A stretch of 64,000 bases of DNA from Candidatus Woesearchaeota archaeon (GTDB lineage Archaea > Nanobdellota > Nanobdellia > Woesearchaeales > 21-14-0-10-32-9). The stretch covers positions 56,858 to 120,857 of the forward strand of contig JBKHAC010000001.1 in NCBI GenBank assembly GCA_046543095.1. Direction: 5' to 3'. Within the stretch, counting starts at the first letter, position 1. Each line of letters opens with the position of its first letter. A model generated the notes under the pieces. It saw only the letters and a list, made by a program, of their open reading frames with translations. It was not told the DNA's origin and did not search any database. Made by a program: the position numbers and the translations under genes. Below, in pieces: positions 27,091 to 35,470 of this stretch.

Positions 27091-27603
27091 TTAATTATTT
27101 TTTTCTTGTGTTGTCTCTTCAAGGCATGCGAGTGCGTAGAGTAGGTCTGATAGTCTGTTCAAGTATTGGTATATTTCTGGCCTTAGTTTTTTTTCTCGGA
27201 GTTGTTTTGTCAGTTTTGATTCTAGTTGGCGTGTTCGAACTCTAGCTTCGTTGAGTCTTGCAGCAGGTTCTTTTGTAAATCTTAGGAAGTATGTATTTTC
27301 TGGGTGGTGTTTGTCTATGTATTCTTCAAGTTTTAAGATGTCTGATTCAGTTATTGGTTTTTTTATTATCTTGCTAAGACCCCTATTGCTAATCTCTCCT
27401 GCTGTTTGCCATAGTTTTTCATTTACATCGTCGATAATATTTTTTATTTCAAGAGCATTTATTGTTATGTTTGCGATGTCAAGTGAGCTTTGAAGTGAGT
27501 CGATAAGTCCCATTATTTGTATTATTTCATCATCTTTTGGAACTTTATCTCCTTTAAGTGTTGCTGCGTATCCTTGGTCTCCTTTTTTTGTGTATATTGC
27601 CAT
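27091..27603 (-). CDS. PduO-type ATP:cob(I)alamin adenosyltransferase family protein
   Basis: 170 aa. 'MAIYTKKGDQGYAATLKGDKVPKDDEIIQIMGLIDSLQS' matches the characteristic N-terminus of the PduO/MMAB family. Confidence 0.8.
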   Translation of the reverse strand: MAIYTKKGDQGYAATLKGDKVPKDDEIIQIMGLIDSLQSSLDIANITINALEIKNIIDDVNEKLWQTAGEISNRGLSKIIKKPITESDILKLEEYIDKHHPENTYFLRFTKEPAARLNEARVRTRQLESKLTKQLREKKLRPEIYQYLNRLSDLLYALACLEETTQEKNN

Positions 27604-27763
27604 TATTTTATTTAGAAATTTGTTGTTATTTTTTTAGTTTGTGTTTTTTATATATGCTTAGCTAGCACCTAAACGAGCCTTGTATTTATAAACTAGAATT
27701 CACTAGATTCGGTTTCTTAAGCGAAATGTACATCTTTGCTCGTTGTGCTAGGCACATAATTTT

Positions 27764-28075
27764 TTATTTTAAAGAATTTAACTTTTTTATTATCTCTTTG
27801 CGTACTTCTTGTTTTTTTTGTTTTGTAAGCGTGAATAATTTTTTTTCTACAAGTATTTTTGATATTGTGAATATATAGTTTAATTTTATTACGCTATCTT
27901 TTATTGCTCCGTCTTGTTTGGTTAATTTTATTCCTTTCATTAATTTGTTACTTGTAATTCCTGCAACAACTATATTATCGTGTTCTTGAAATAGTATTAG
28001 TGCGGGCCTTTTTTTTATTTCGTATGTATCTGTAAATTGTATTTTTGTAAGTATTACATCTCCTGCATTATACAT
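27764..28075 (-). CDS. MazF/PemK-like toxin
   Basis: 103 aa. 'GDVILTKIQF...KKRPALILF...VVAGITSN' has the PemK-fold pattern. Overlaps the upstream small gene by 8 nt. Confidence 0.7.
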   Translation of the reverse strand: MYNAGDVILTKIQFTDTYEIKKRPALILFQEHDNIVVAGITSNKLMKGIKLTKQDGAIKDSVIKLNYIFTISKILVEKKLFTLTKQKKQEVRKEIIKKLNSLK

Positions 28076-28292
28076 TTTCCCAATCCTCGTCTTCTTTGTT
28101 ATCCCATATTTCTTGCATCTTTGTTTGTTGTATTTTGTGCAAGAATTCGTCGTATTGATTTTTTTGTTTTGTGTTTTTGTATACTTCTATCATTTTACTT
28201 ATTAATTCATTGTATGTTTGGCGAGGATATTCTCTTGCATCTTTTAATGCTTCGACTAATTTTTTATCAAGTTGTATTGTTGTTACATTCAT
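28068..28292 (-). CDS. cognate antitoxin (small DNA-binding-like protein)
   Basis: 74 aa. 'TTIQLDKKLVEALKDAR' has an RHH-like beta-alpha start, and the C-terminus is acidic. Position is immediately upstream of, and overlapping, the toxin gene. Confidence 0.55.
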   Translation of the reverse strand: MNVTTIQLDKKLVEALKDAREYPRQTYNELISKMIEVYKNTKQKNQYDEFLHKIQQTKMQEIWDNKEDEDWENV

Positions 28293-28356
28293 TATATATC
28301 ACCTATAGCTAGTACATAGTTAATATATAACTAATATTTAAGTTTTTCTTCTACGC

Positions 28357-28521
28357 GGCCTTATAGAAATCCTATTAAAATTTTAATAATGATGCTATCT
28401 TGCGCAGTCATAGAACAAACATCCGTGGTGTGTAGGGCTCGGTTCAAATGTCTAAATAATATGGAAACGGAGCATAGCATCATTAAGATTTTATTGGTTC
28501 GAAAAGGATTTCTATGAGGCC
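28357..28521 (-). mobile_element. MITE family A, copy 2 (165 bp, inverted)
   Basis: GGCCTTATAGAAATCC...GGATTTCTATGAGGCC. Perfect 8-bp target-site duplication TTCTACGC on both sides. Confidence 0.85.
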
Positions 28522-28640
28522 TTCTACGCGCAAATTTTCATATCGCAATTACAAGAATTTTTTTGTTTTAAATAATTTGACTATAAGAAAATCGAAAAAT
28601 TCGCGTATTTTATTAGAAAAAATAAGAAAAAAAAAAAGAA

Positions 28641-28982
28641 TTAATTTAAGTAATTTTTAGCCACAACTTCAAATGTTGGTGCGAGTTGATATGTTTTGTT
28701 TACTACAAGTTTATCTGGTCTCGCGTAGCTTTGTTTTATATCTTGCAATTTGTTCTTATCAAAATCTATTGAATCATCACGCGGCTCCATAAGTTGATTT
28801 ATTTCTGTTTTTTGTTTTAATTTATAATTATCATAGATTTCTTTTCCTATTGTCGCGCCTATTATTGCAACAAGTCCTGTTGCCCATAGTGTTATTCCTA
28901 CTGCGAGAGCAGTTGGAGTTGTTACGCCTTTTCGATCAAGACTCGCACCTATATTATAAGGTTCATAATTTATTTTATTCAT
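28641..28982 (-). CDS. hypothetical membrane protein
   Basis: 113 aa. AGGTGA Shine-Dalgarno. TM segment 'TALAVGITLWATGLVAIIGATIG'. Confidence 0.5.
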   Translation of the reverse strand: MNKINYEPYNIGASLDRKGVTTPTALAVGITLWATGLVAIIGATIGKEIYDNYKLKQKTEINQLMEPRDDSIDFDKNKLQDIKQSYARPDKLVVNKTYQLAPTFEVVAKNYLN

Positions 28983-28995
28983 AGTTTTTCACCTT

Positions 28996-29295
28996 TTAAT
29001 TAATTTTTTCTTGAATGGAGTTATATTCTTCAAGTTTTCTTATTTTTTCTCTGTATGTCATGTTTTCTTTGTTTATATTAACGTTTCCGTATGAAAATAC
29101 TGATTTGTCGAATTGTTTTGTTTCATCAGAAGATATAATCCCTTCATCATTTTTATCCCCCTATAACAATAAAGTTCTAGTGTATAGTGCATCATATTTT
29201 GATGACATCATCGCATCATCTGTTTTTTTAATTCCGAATGTTGTTGCTGCAACTATTGCTGCAAGCCCTACATATTGTATTATTTTTTTATTCAT
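28996..29295 (-). CDS. small membrane-anchored protein whose frame continues through an in-frame TAG (29161-29163)
   Basis: Hand translation: ATG at 29295 with GGGAG upstream, then 'MNKKIIQYVGLAAIVAATTFGIKKTDDAMMSSKYDALYTRTLLL', then TAG. The same frame runs on 54 more codons ('GDKNDEGIISSDETKQF...EEYNSIQEKIN') to a TAA placed just before the Shine-Dalgarno of the next gene. Not in the ORF track because each half is under 60 aa. Confidence 0.35.
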
Positions 29296-29560
29296 TTGTA
29301 CATCTCCCTTTATTTTATTCTTAGTAATAACTGCGTATTTTTAGTTAAGTGATAAATCAACTATTTAAACATTTCTAATTGTGACTACTTTTTAGAGAAA
29401 ACACTGTTTTTTTGTAGTTGCGTATTTAAATTAGTTTGGTGTTTTAATTTTAAGAGATTTTTGAAATTTATGATTTGATTTTTTTATTAATTGAGTGTAT
29501 TGATTGTGAGTTGAGAACCGTTGAAAAAAAGGTTAAAAAAAAGTTGAAAGAAATATTTAG

Positions 29561-29779
29561 TTATTTTTTTTCCATGTATCCACATTTTCCGCATGATGAG
29601 CGGTCTTTATGGTTTGCCATGAATGTTCCAGGTCCGCATTTTGGGCATGATTTGTTTTTTCTTTTTGCGCTATCTCCTGCAACTTCGTATACTGTATGTA
29701 TTTTTTGTGCTGGTTTTTTTGTTTTTCCTTTATCAGCTGATTTTTGTGCTGGTTTTCCGCCTTTCTTTTTTGCTGCCAT
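29561..29779 (-). CDS. rps27ae: ribosomal protein S27ae (eS31)
   Basis: 72 aa. Lys-rich N-terminus and zinc ribbon 'CPKCGPGTFMANHKDRSSCGKCGY'. Confidence 0.9.
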   Translation of the reverse strand: MAAKKKGGKPAQKSADKGKTKKPAQKIHTVYEVAGDSAKRKNKSCPKCGPGTFMANHKDRSSCGKCGYMEKK

Positions 29780-29802
29780 TTTTTTTGATCCTCAATTATT
29801 AT

Positions 29803-30096
29803 TTATTCTTCTTTTTTTTCTTGTTTTGGAAAGTTTTTCTCGATGACTTTTGGAAACTCTATTTTTTTTAGCGTTTCCTCATCTTTGTATGCATATACTG
29901 TAACTTGTGCGCATCTTTTTCCGTAGTCTGTGAATATTTTTTTTATTATAAGTAAATCTTCTGTAGTTTTTGTTTTTTTTGCTATTTCTCTCTTTAAGTC
30001 TAATCTTTTTGGTGTTGATTTTTCAAATGCTACTTCCAGCATTATTTCTTGTCTTGGTACTACTGCTTGTTTTTCTTGTATTATTTTGATATCCAT
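29803..30096 (-). CDS. rps24e: ribosomal protein S24e (eS24)
   Basis: 97 aa. 'R.EI...IAKKT....DLLIIKKIFTDYG' pattern and the conserved position between spt4 and rps27ae. Confidence 0.85.
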   Translation of the reverse strand: MDIKIIQEKQAVVPRQEIMLEVAFEKSTPKRLDLKREIAKKTKTTEDLLIIKKIFTDYGKRCAQVTVYAYKDEETLKKIEFPKVIEKNFPKQEKKEE

Positions 30097-30106
30097 TTTT
30101 TTATAC

Positions 30107-30301
30107 CTATCTTACTTTTATTGCATATTCTCCTGCATCTTCAAGTCCCATTATTTTTGCTATATCTGATTTTTCTGGGTTCACAACATATATTCTTCCC
30201 TGCCAGTTAGTTGTTGTACCTCCTGGTGGTTTATAATCTTTAAAGTTTGGATCATCTAGGAATTTTTTTGTTTTTCTGCATACTTCTCGTTTAACTGCCA
30301 T
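30107..30301 (-). CDS. spt4: transcription elongation factor Spt4 (RpoE'') lacking the zinc-ribbon cysteines
   Basis: 64 aa. 'NWQGRIYVVNPEKSDIAKIMGLEDAGEYAIKV' matches the Spt4 NGN-binding core. Only one Cys remains in the N-terminal region. TAG stop followed by GTA TAA. Confidence 0.75.
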   Translation of the reverse strand: MAVKREVCRKTKKFLDDPNFKDYKPPGGTTTNWQGRIYVVNPEKSDIAKIMGLEDAGEYAIKVR

Positions 30302-30303
30302 TT

Positions 30304-30876
30304 TTATTTGTCACCTTTTTTGGTTTTCTCTTCTTTTATTTTTTTAGTTTCTTCTTTCATCCATTCTTCCTTGCCTAAATATTCTTGTCTCATTGTAAGG
30401 CCTATTTTTGGATTTGATAAGTCTTTATATGATATGCTTATTATTCTTGCTTTGCATAAGTCCCCTACTTTAAGCACTCTTTTTGTGTCTTTCCCAAGGA
30501 GTGTTTTTTCTTTATTAAAGCTCACGAAGTCGTTCATTGTTTGACTTATGTGTATCATTCCTTCAGCAGGACCCATATTTATGAATGCGCCGAAGTCAGC
30601 TATGTCTTTAATTGATCCGAGTAGTACTTCTTGCATTTCTGGAATGAATGTTATTAGTGAAAATTCTGTTTCATAAAATGTCGCACCATCTCCTGGAATA
30701 ATTGTGCCATCTTGTATTTGGTCTATTCCGAGTACATCTATTACTATTCCGACTTCTTCTGATATATGTCCTTCGTATTTTGCTTTGATTTCGACAATCA
30801 TTGCATCCTCGAGTTCAAGTTCAAATTTGTCTGGTGCTATTCTTATGAAGTCTTTTACTTTTATTTTGTAAAACAT
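30304..30876 (-). CDS. rpo7: DNA-directed RNA polymerase subunit E' (Rpo7) with S1 domain
   Basis: 190 aa. 'MFYKIKVKDFIRIAPDKF' N-terminus, a C-terminal S1 fold ('GSIKDIADFGAFINMGPAEGMIHISQ'), and conserved synteny. Confidence 0.9.
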   Translation of the reverse strand: MFYKIKVKDFIRIAPDKFELELEDAMIVEIKAKYEGHISEEVGIVIDVLGIDQIQDGTIIPGDGATFYETEFSLITFIPEMQEVLLGSIKDIADFGAFINMGPAEGMIHISQTMNDFVSFNKEKTLLGKDTKRVLKVGDLCKARIISISYKDLSNPKIGLTMRQEYLGKEEWMKEETKKIKEEKTKKGDK

Positions 30877-30884
30877 TTAGTTAT

Positions 30885-31301
30885 TCACCCCAATTCTAGG
30901 TATTTTTTTTGTCTGAGTGTGATTATCCTGACAGGTATTTTTTTTAATTGTTGTTTTAAGTCTTTATCCTGTGTCGCGATTATTGTTTTCTCAGGGTTTT
31001 TTGCAGCATAGTCTAATATAGATTCATCTGCATAATTCTTAGAGGAACCGTTAATTGTTTTTAAGTTTTTTTGTTTTATAAGTATAAGTCCAAGTTTGGC
31101 ATTTAGGCCTTGTTTTTGTTTTCCTGTGGTTAAAATTATGTGTTCGAGTTCTTTTATCGTCGAGTCCATAACGTATAAATCATATGACTCATTCATTAGT
31201 CTGTCCATTTCCGTAAATATATCTATGCCTACATCGCCTGGTATAAATAAGAAATTTGTGTCTAGTATAATTTTTGTTTTTGGTTTAAATATGTTTAGCA
31301 T
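30885..31301 (-). CDS. PIN-domain protein (Fcf1/COG1412-like)
   Basis: 138 aa. 'IILDTNFLFIP', 'V..STIKELE' and 'IIATQDKDLK' carry the acidic PIN residues. This gene is the usual neighbour upstream of rpo7 in archaea. Confidence 0.8.
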   Translation of the reverse strand: MLNIFKPKTKIILDTNFLFIPGDVGIDIFTEMDRLMNESYDLYVMDSTIKELEHIILTTGKQKQGLNAKLGLILIKQKNLKTINGSSKNYADESILDYAAKNPEKTIIATQDKDLKQQLKKIPVRIITLRQKKYLELG

Positions 31302-31319
31302 TTTTCTGAGGTTTTTATA

Positions 31320-32366
31320 TTATTTTTTATTTTGGTTTATATTTAAAAGATTTTCTTTGGGTATTTCTTCGTTATAGTTATTTTTTCCATTGAAGAATGC
31401 TTCGAAGTTTATCCAAGTTGTCCAGTTTCCTCTTTTTTTAAGTTTTTTATGTGCGAGGAGTGCCACTCTTGAGGGTTTGTGATCTGATATTAGTTCATAA
31501 TCGGAGAGGTGTTCTTTTATTTTTTTTGTAAAGTCTACAACTTCTGTGTGTTGAGGCATGTTTTCTCGTTTGAGTCGTTCTTTTGAGGCTCCGATGAACA
31601 TGTATGCTTTTACTTCTATAAATTCAGGCTCCGCTCGTTTTATGAGTTCTGCGTATCCTTCGGGATTTTTATCATTCATTTCTTTAATGAGTGTTATTCT
31701 GATGCATTTTCTGTATTTTTTTTCTCGAAGTGCATCAATACTCGCGATTAATCTTTCCCAGTAGTCTTTAAATAGTGGTTTTCCTGTTGCTTTTAATGTT
31801 TCTCTATCAGGTCCATCAATGCTTAAATATAATTGTGTTACGCGTTTAAGTTTGGTTATGCTCTCAGGGTTTTGCCCGTTTGTAACGAGAAATGTTGATA
31901 TTTTTTGTTTGTGCATTTCATTTATAAGTTCGTTTACTTTTGGGTAGTTTATTGGTTCACCTGTAAGTGATAGTGCTGCATGTCGTATATTTTTTGTTTC
32001 GTTAAGTATTTTTTTGTTTGCTTTTTCGTTTCCAAAAAATCCTATTAAAAGTTTTTCGTGTGCTTTTTGGCTTTCTTCGAGTATTTGTGTGGGATCATCA
32101 ATATTCCATGTCCAATCCTTAGATACTGGGCTTTTATAGTCTCTCCAGCAGAATACACATCTATTTGCGCAACTCATGCTTGTTGTCATTTGGAGGCATT
32201 GGTGTGTGTTTATTCCGTAGAATTTGTGTTTATAACAAGTACCTTGTCCCAGTATTGTTTTCTTTGTCCACCCGCAGATTTTAACAGCACTATGTGTGCC
32301 TGCGGTTCTATATCCTTGTTTTTCGAGTGTTTTTTTTATCTCAGGAGTTATCATATCTTTTGGCAT
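31320..32366 (-). CDS. taw1: tRNA 4-demethylwyosine synthase (radical SAM, Taw1/TYW1)
   Basis: 348 aa. 'QGYRTAGTHSAVKICGWTK', second cluster 'CYKHKFYGI..HQC', and radical-SAM motif 'CANRCVFCWR'. Confidence 0.9.
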   Translation of the reverse strand: MPKDMITPEIKKTLEKQGYRTAGTHSAVKICGWTKKTILGQGTCYKHKFYGINTHQCLQMTTSMSCANRCVFCWRDYKSPVSKDWTWNIDDPTQILEESQKAHEKLLIGFFGNEKANKKILNETKNIRHAALSLTGEPINYPKVNELINEMHKQKISTFLVTNGQNPESITKLKRVTQLYLSIDGPDRETLKATGKPLFKDYWERLIASIDALREKKYRKCIRITLIKEMNDKNPEGYAELIKRAEPEFIEVKAYMFIGASKERLKRENMPQHTEVVDFTKKIKEHLSDYELISDHKPSRVALLAHKKLKKRGNWTTWINFEAFFNGKNNYNEEIPKENLLNINQNKK

Positions 32367-32510
32367 TTTTATAGTTAGAAGTTTTTTATTTAATAAAAAT
32401 GTTTGTTTATGTAATGCGTGAAATAAAGTTCTTATTCATAGTAACCTTAATTATTGTATTTTCTATTTTTTTATTATTTTCTATATTTGTTGTAGTGCTT
32501 AATTCGTATT

Positions 32511-32546
32511 GCCTGAGTCGTAGTGCCTGAGTCGTAGTGCCTGACA
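32511..32546. repeat. 14-nt tandem repeat GCCTGAGTCGTAGT x2.4
   Basis: Read directly, 64 nt upstream of the GH15 start codon. Confidence 0.7.
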
Positions 32547-32609
32547 ATTAGGTTATTATATAAAAGTTTTTTGGGTTAATTTTATATTGTAGTTATTTTT
32601 TTATTAATT

Positions 32610-34433
32610 ATGCTTGATTATGGTATTGTTGGAAATTGTAAAACTTGTGCCTTAGTTAAAAAAGACACCTCTGTTGATTGGATGTGTTTTCCTGATTTTG
32701 ATAGTCCTAGCGTATTCGGTAAGATTTTAGATGATGAGAAAGGCGGTTTTTTTAGAGTATCTCCTACAGGTGAGTTTGATGTATCTCAAGAGTATGATGA
32801 GTTTACTGCTGTTTTAACTACTACTTTTTCTTCTCGTAAAGCTAAATTTAAGGTTGTTGATTTTTTTCCTCGTTATCGTAAGATTTTACCGAGTAAGCGT
32901 ACTGGTTTATTTCGTCAAAATTGTTTGGTTCGTTTAATTATGCCTGTTCGTGGAAAACCTGAGTTGAAGATTAATTATGATCCAAGGCCAGGTTATGCTA
33001 AATTTGAAGTTACGCATAAAGTGTCTGATGATTTAATTTGGAGTTTTGCTGGCGATGATTTTATTACGCTTAAGGCTAATATTGATTATTTGGCTTTATT
33101 AAAAGAAGAGAAAATTATTTTAGATAAGACTTTGTTTTTTGTTGTTGGTGCTGATCCTGATGAAAAATATAATGTTACTTATTTGAAGCGTCTTTTGAGT
33201 TCTACTAAGAATTATTGGAAGAAGTGGGTCGGGACGCTTAATTTGCCTGTTCAAAATGCGAATAAGATTATTCGTAGCGCGATTACTTTAAAATTGCTCA
33301 CATACTCTCAAACTGGCGCGATTGTTGCCGCGCCTACAACGAGTATTCCTGAGGAGGTTGGGTCTCCTAGGACGTGGGATTATCGTTTTTGTTGGGTTCG
33401 TGATGCTGCTTTCACAGTGAGTGCTTTTAAAAAAATTGGTCGTGATTATGAGGCGCGTAAATTGATTGAATTTATGTTTGATTATTCTTTGAAGCAAAAG
33501 CAGCCTTTACAGCTTATGTATGGTATTCGTGGTGAGCGTAAATTAACTGAGCGTACGTTAGAGCATCTTAATGGTTTTTATGGTTCAAAGCCTGTTCGTA
33601 CAGGTAATGCTGCGTATAATCAGAAGCAAAATGATATTTATGGCAGTCTTGTTGATTTAATTTATATGTATTATGTTTTTTATGAGTATGAAACTAAGCT
33701 TAAAAGGAAGCATTGGGATTTTTTGAAGTATTTGGTAAGTGAAATTGAGCATAATTGGAAAAAGCCGGATCAAGGTATTTGGGAGTTTCGTGGTCAAAAG
33801 CAGCATTTTATTTATTCTAAGTTGATGTGTTTTGTTGGTATGAATTACGCTATGCGTACTGCTCAGCATTTTGGTCATAATAGTTATGCTGAGAAGTGGG
33901 CTTTGCTTCGTGATGAGATTAAAAATGATATGTTAAAGCAGGGTTGGAATGAAACTCGTCGTGCTTTCACTATTTTTTATGGATCTAATGATTTTGATGC
34001 TGCTGCTCTTAAAATGAGTTATCATGATTTTCTTGAGCATGATGATCCTCGTTTAATTAATACTATTTTGATGATTGATAAGCATCTTCGTACAGGTCCT
34101 CTTGTGCATCGTTATAAAATTGAAGATGATTTTGGTAAATCGCATAGTACATTTACTATTTGTTCTTTTTGGCTTGTTGATGCGCTCTATAAAATTGGTA
34201 GAGAAGATGAAGCGAGAGAGATGTATGCTGAGCTTTCAAAGTGTAGTAATCATCTTGGTCTTTATGCTGAGGATTTAACTGTTAAAACAAGGGAGAATAT
34301 TGGTAATTTTCCTCAGGCATACACTCACATAGCGTTAATTTCGTCTTCTCTTCTTCTAAGTGAGTGGAATACTTATAGGATGAAGCCGACGCATAAAAGT
34401 AGAAATGTAAACAAAAAGAAACAAATTAAATAA
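32610..34433 (+). CDS. glycoside hydrolase family 15 (glucoamylase/glucodextranase-like)
   Basis: 607 aa. 'MLDYGIVGNCKTCALVKKDTSVDWMCFPDFDSPSVF' N-terminal beta domain, and 'RTWDYRFCWVRDAAFT' catalytic (alpha/alpha)6 signature. Confidence 0.9.
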   Translation: MLDYGIVGNCKTCALVKKDTSVDWMCFPDFDSPSVFGKILDDEKGGFFRVSPTGEFDVSQEYDEFTAVLTTTFSSRKAKFKVVDFFPRYRKILPSKRTGLFRQNCLVRLIMPVRGKPELKINYDPRPGYAKFEVTHKVSDDLIWSFAGDDFITLKANIDYLALLKEEKIILDKTLFFVVGADPDEKYNVTYLKRLLSSTKNYWKKWVGTLNLPVQNANKIIRSAITLKLLTYSQTGAIVAAPTTSIPEEVGSPRTWDYRFCWVRDAAFTVSAFKKIGRDYEARKLIEFMFDYSLKQKQPLQLMYGIRGERKLTERTLEHLNGFYGSKPVRTGNAAYNQKQNDIYGSLVDLIYMYYVFYEYETKLKRKHWDFLKYLVSEIEHNWKKPDQGIWEFRGQKQHFIYSKLMCFVGMNYAMRTAQHFGHNSYAEKWALLRDEIKNDMLKQGWNETRRAFTIFYGSNDFDAAALKMSYHDFLEHDDPRLINTILMIDKHLRTGPLVHRYKIEDDFGKSHSTFTICSFWLVDALYKIGREDEAREMYAELSKCSNHLGLYAEDLTVKTRENIGNFPQAYTHIALISSSLLLSEWNTYRMKPTHKSRNVNKKKQIK

Positions 34434-34587
34434 ATTATATCTAGCATTCAATAAATACTAGCCATTATGCTTAACAATTAGTTGAGCGCTTGAAGCATAA
34501 AATACAAAACTTCGAAACTTATTTTGAAGCCACTAACACTTTGTGTAAGTATGCTCTTGGCGCATTTATTGAATGTGCTCGCGGATT

Positions 34588-34621
34588 TAATTAAATTCGC
34601 ATACTAATTAAATTCGCATAC
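34588..34621. repeat. perfect 17-nt tandem duplication TAATTAAATTCGCATAC x2
   Basis: Read directly. The junction carries the TAG stop (34604-34606) of the gene at 34604-35305. Confidence 0.85.
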
Positions 34622-35305
34622 AATAACACATTCCATTGTGCACATTTCTGCGTCTGGGTCGTGTCTGCATGCTGATTCACATTCTTTGAAATCTCCTCCG
34701 AGGTATTCGCATGTTTCTTGTGATATGTATTCGCATTCGTTGTGTTCTTCTAGGTATGTTCCGCCGAGTAGTCCGCAGGCTTCGTGTGGTTCTAAGTTTT
34801 CTAGTTCTTCAAGTGTAAGTTCTCTTGTATATATTTCTCCGTTGTGTTCGCATTGTTCAGGGTATGATTCCATCACTGGGTTTCCTGCAGATACGCATTC
34901 CTCGAAGTTTGTTACTAGTTCATCATTTTGCCATTGTACTGGTTGTATATTATCTGCGCCTTGTGCCTCAGCCATGCATCTGTTTCCAAATTCAATAGTT
35001 GTTGTGCATTCGCCTGTATTGCAAGGGAATGTGATTTCTCCTGTAACTGGCATGTATTCTTTTGTGCATGCTGTTGGTTCAATGTAGTATTCTGCGTATT
35101 CTTCGCAGTATTCATTTCTAACTTGCATACATTCATCTAGTGATGGACAGTATGTTTCGCCTAAATCTAAATTACATTCTAGTTGTGTTTCGTTATTTAT
35201 GTCATCGTTTATATTTCTGTTATCCTCGCCATCGCATGCTGCAATTACAAGTGTTGATATTATTAATATTGCAAATAATGTATATTTTATTAATTTTGAT
35301 TTCAT
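34604..35305 (-). CDS. acidic cysteine-rich putative lipoprotein
   Basis: 233 aa. 'LFAILIISTLVIAAC/DGE' is lipobox-like. About 24 Cys, with a repeated 'C..LGG.(Y/F)...EC' motif. Confidence 0.55.
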   Translation of the reverse strand: MKSKLIKYTLFAILIISTLVIAACDGEDNRNINDDINNETQLECNLDLGETYCPSLDECMQVRNEYCEEYAEYYIEPTACTKEYMPVTGEITFPCNTGECTTTIEFGNRCMAEAQGADNIQPVQWQNDELVTNFEECVSAGNPVMESYPEQCEHNGEIYTRELTLEELENLEPHEACGLLGGTYLEEHNECEYISQETCEYLGGDFKECESACRHDPDAEMCTMECVIVCEFN

Positions 35306-35470
35306 TTATTTCACCTTTTTTGTTTTTTTATTTTATTTGGTTTTTATTATTTTTAATGTATTTATTATTAGTTAAAGCCTTTTAGTATTTAAATACTTTT
35401 TAGTGTTCAAGGCTGTTTGAAGTTATTTTAGGCAATTTTTTTAAATAAAGTAAGAAAACTAGACCTACTA

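Noticed and set aside
29015-29344. The plus-strand 109-aa ORF from the track.
   Set aside because: It is antisense to the hand-translated minus-strand frame, which has a proper ATG, a Shine-Dalgarno and a signal-anchor sequence. The plus-strand translation is Phe/Ser/Ile-rich and has no start-site support.
30107-30109. Genome-wide reassignment of TAG to a sense codon.
   Set aside because: A hand census of stop codons found nine genes ending in TAG. Their stops are at 12022, 30107, 34604, 37751, 39479, 40449, 49051, 49068 and 56501.

These ends agree with homolog lengths. For example, Spt4 ends '..YAIKVR' and class II FBA ends normally. The 17-nt duplication at 34604 converts TAA to TAG with no change in the protein.

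Only site-specific read-through or mutation remains plausible for the two internal TAGs.
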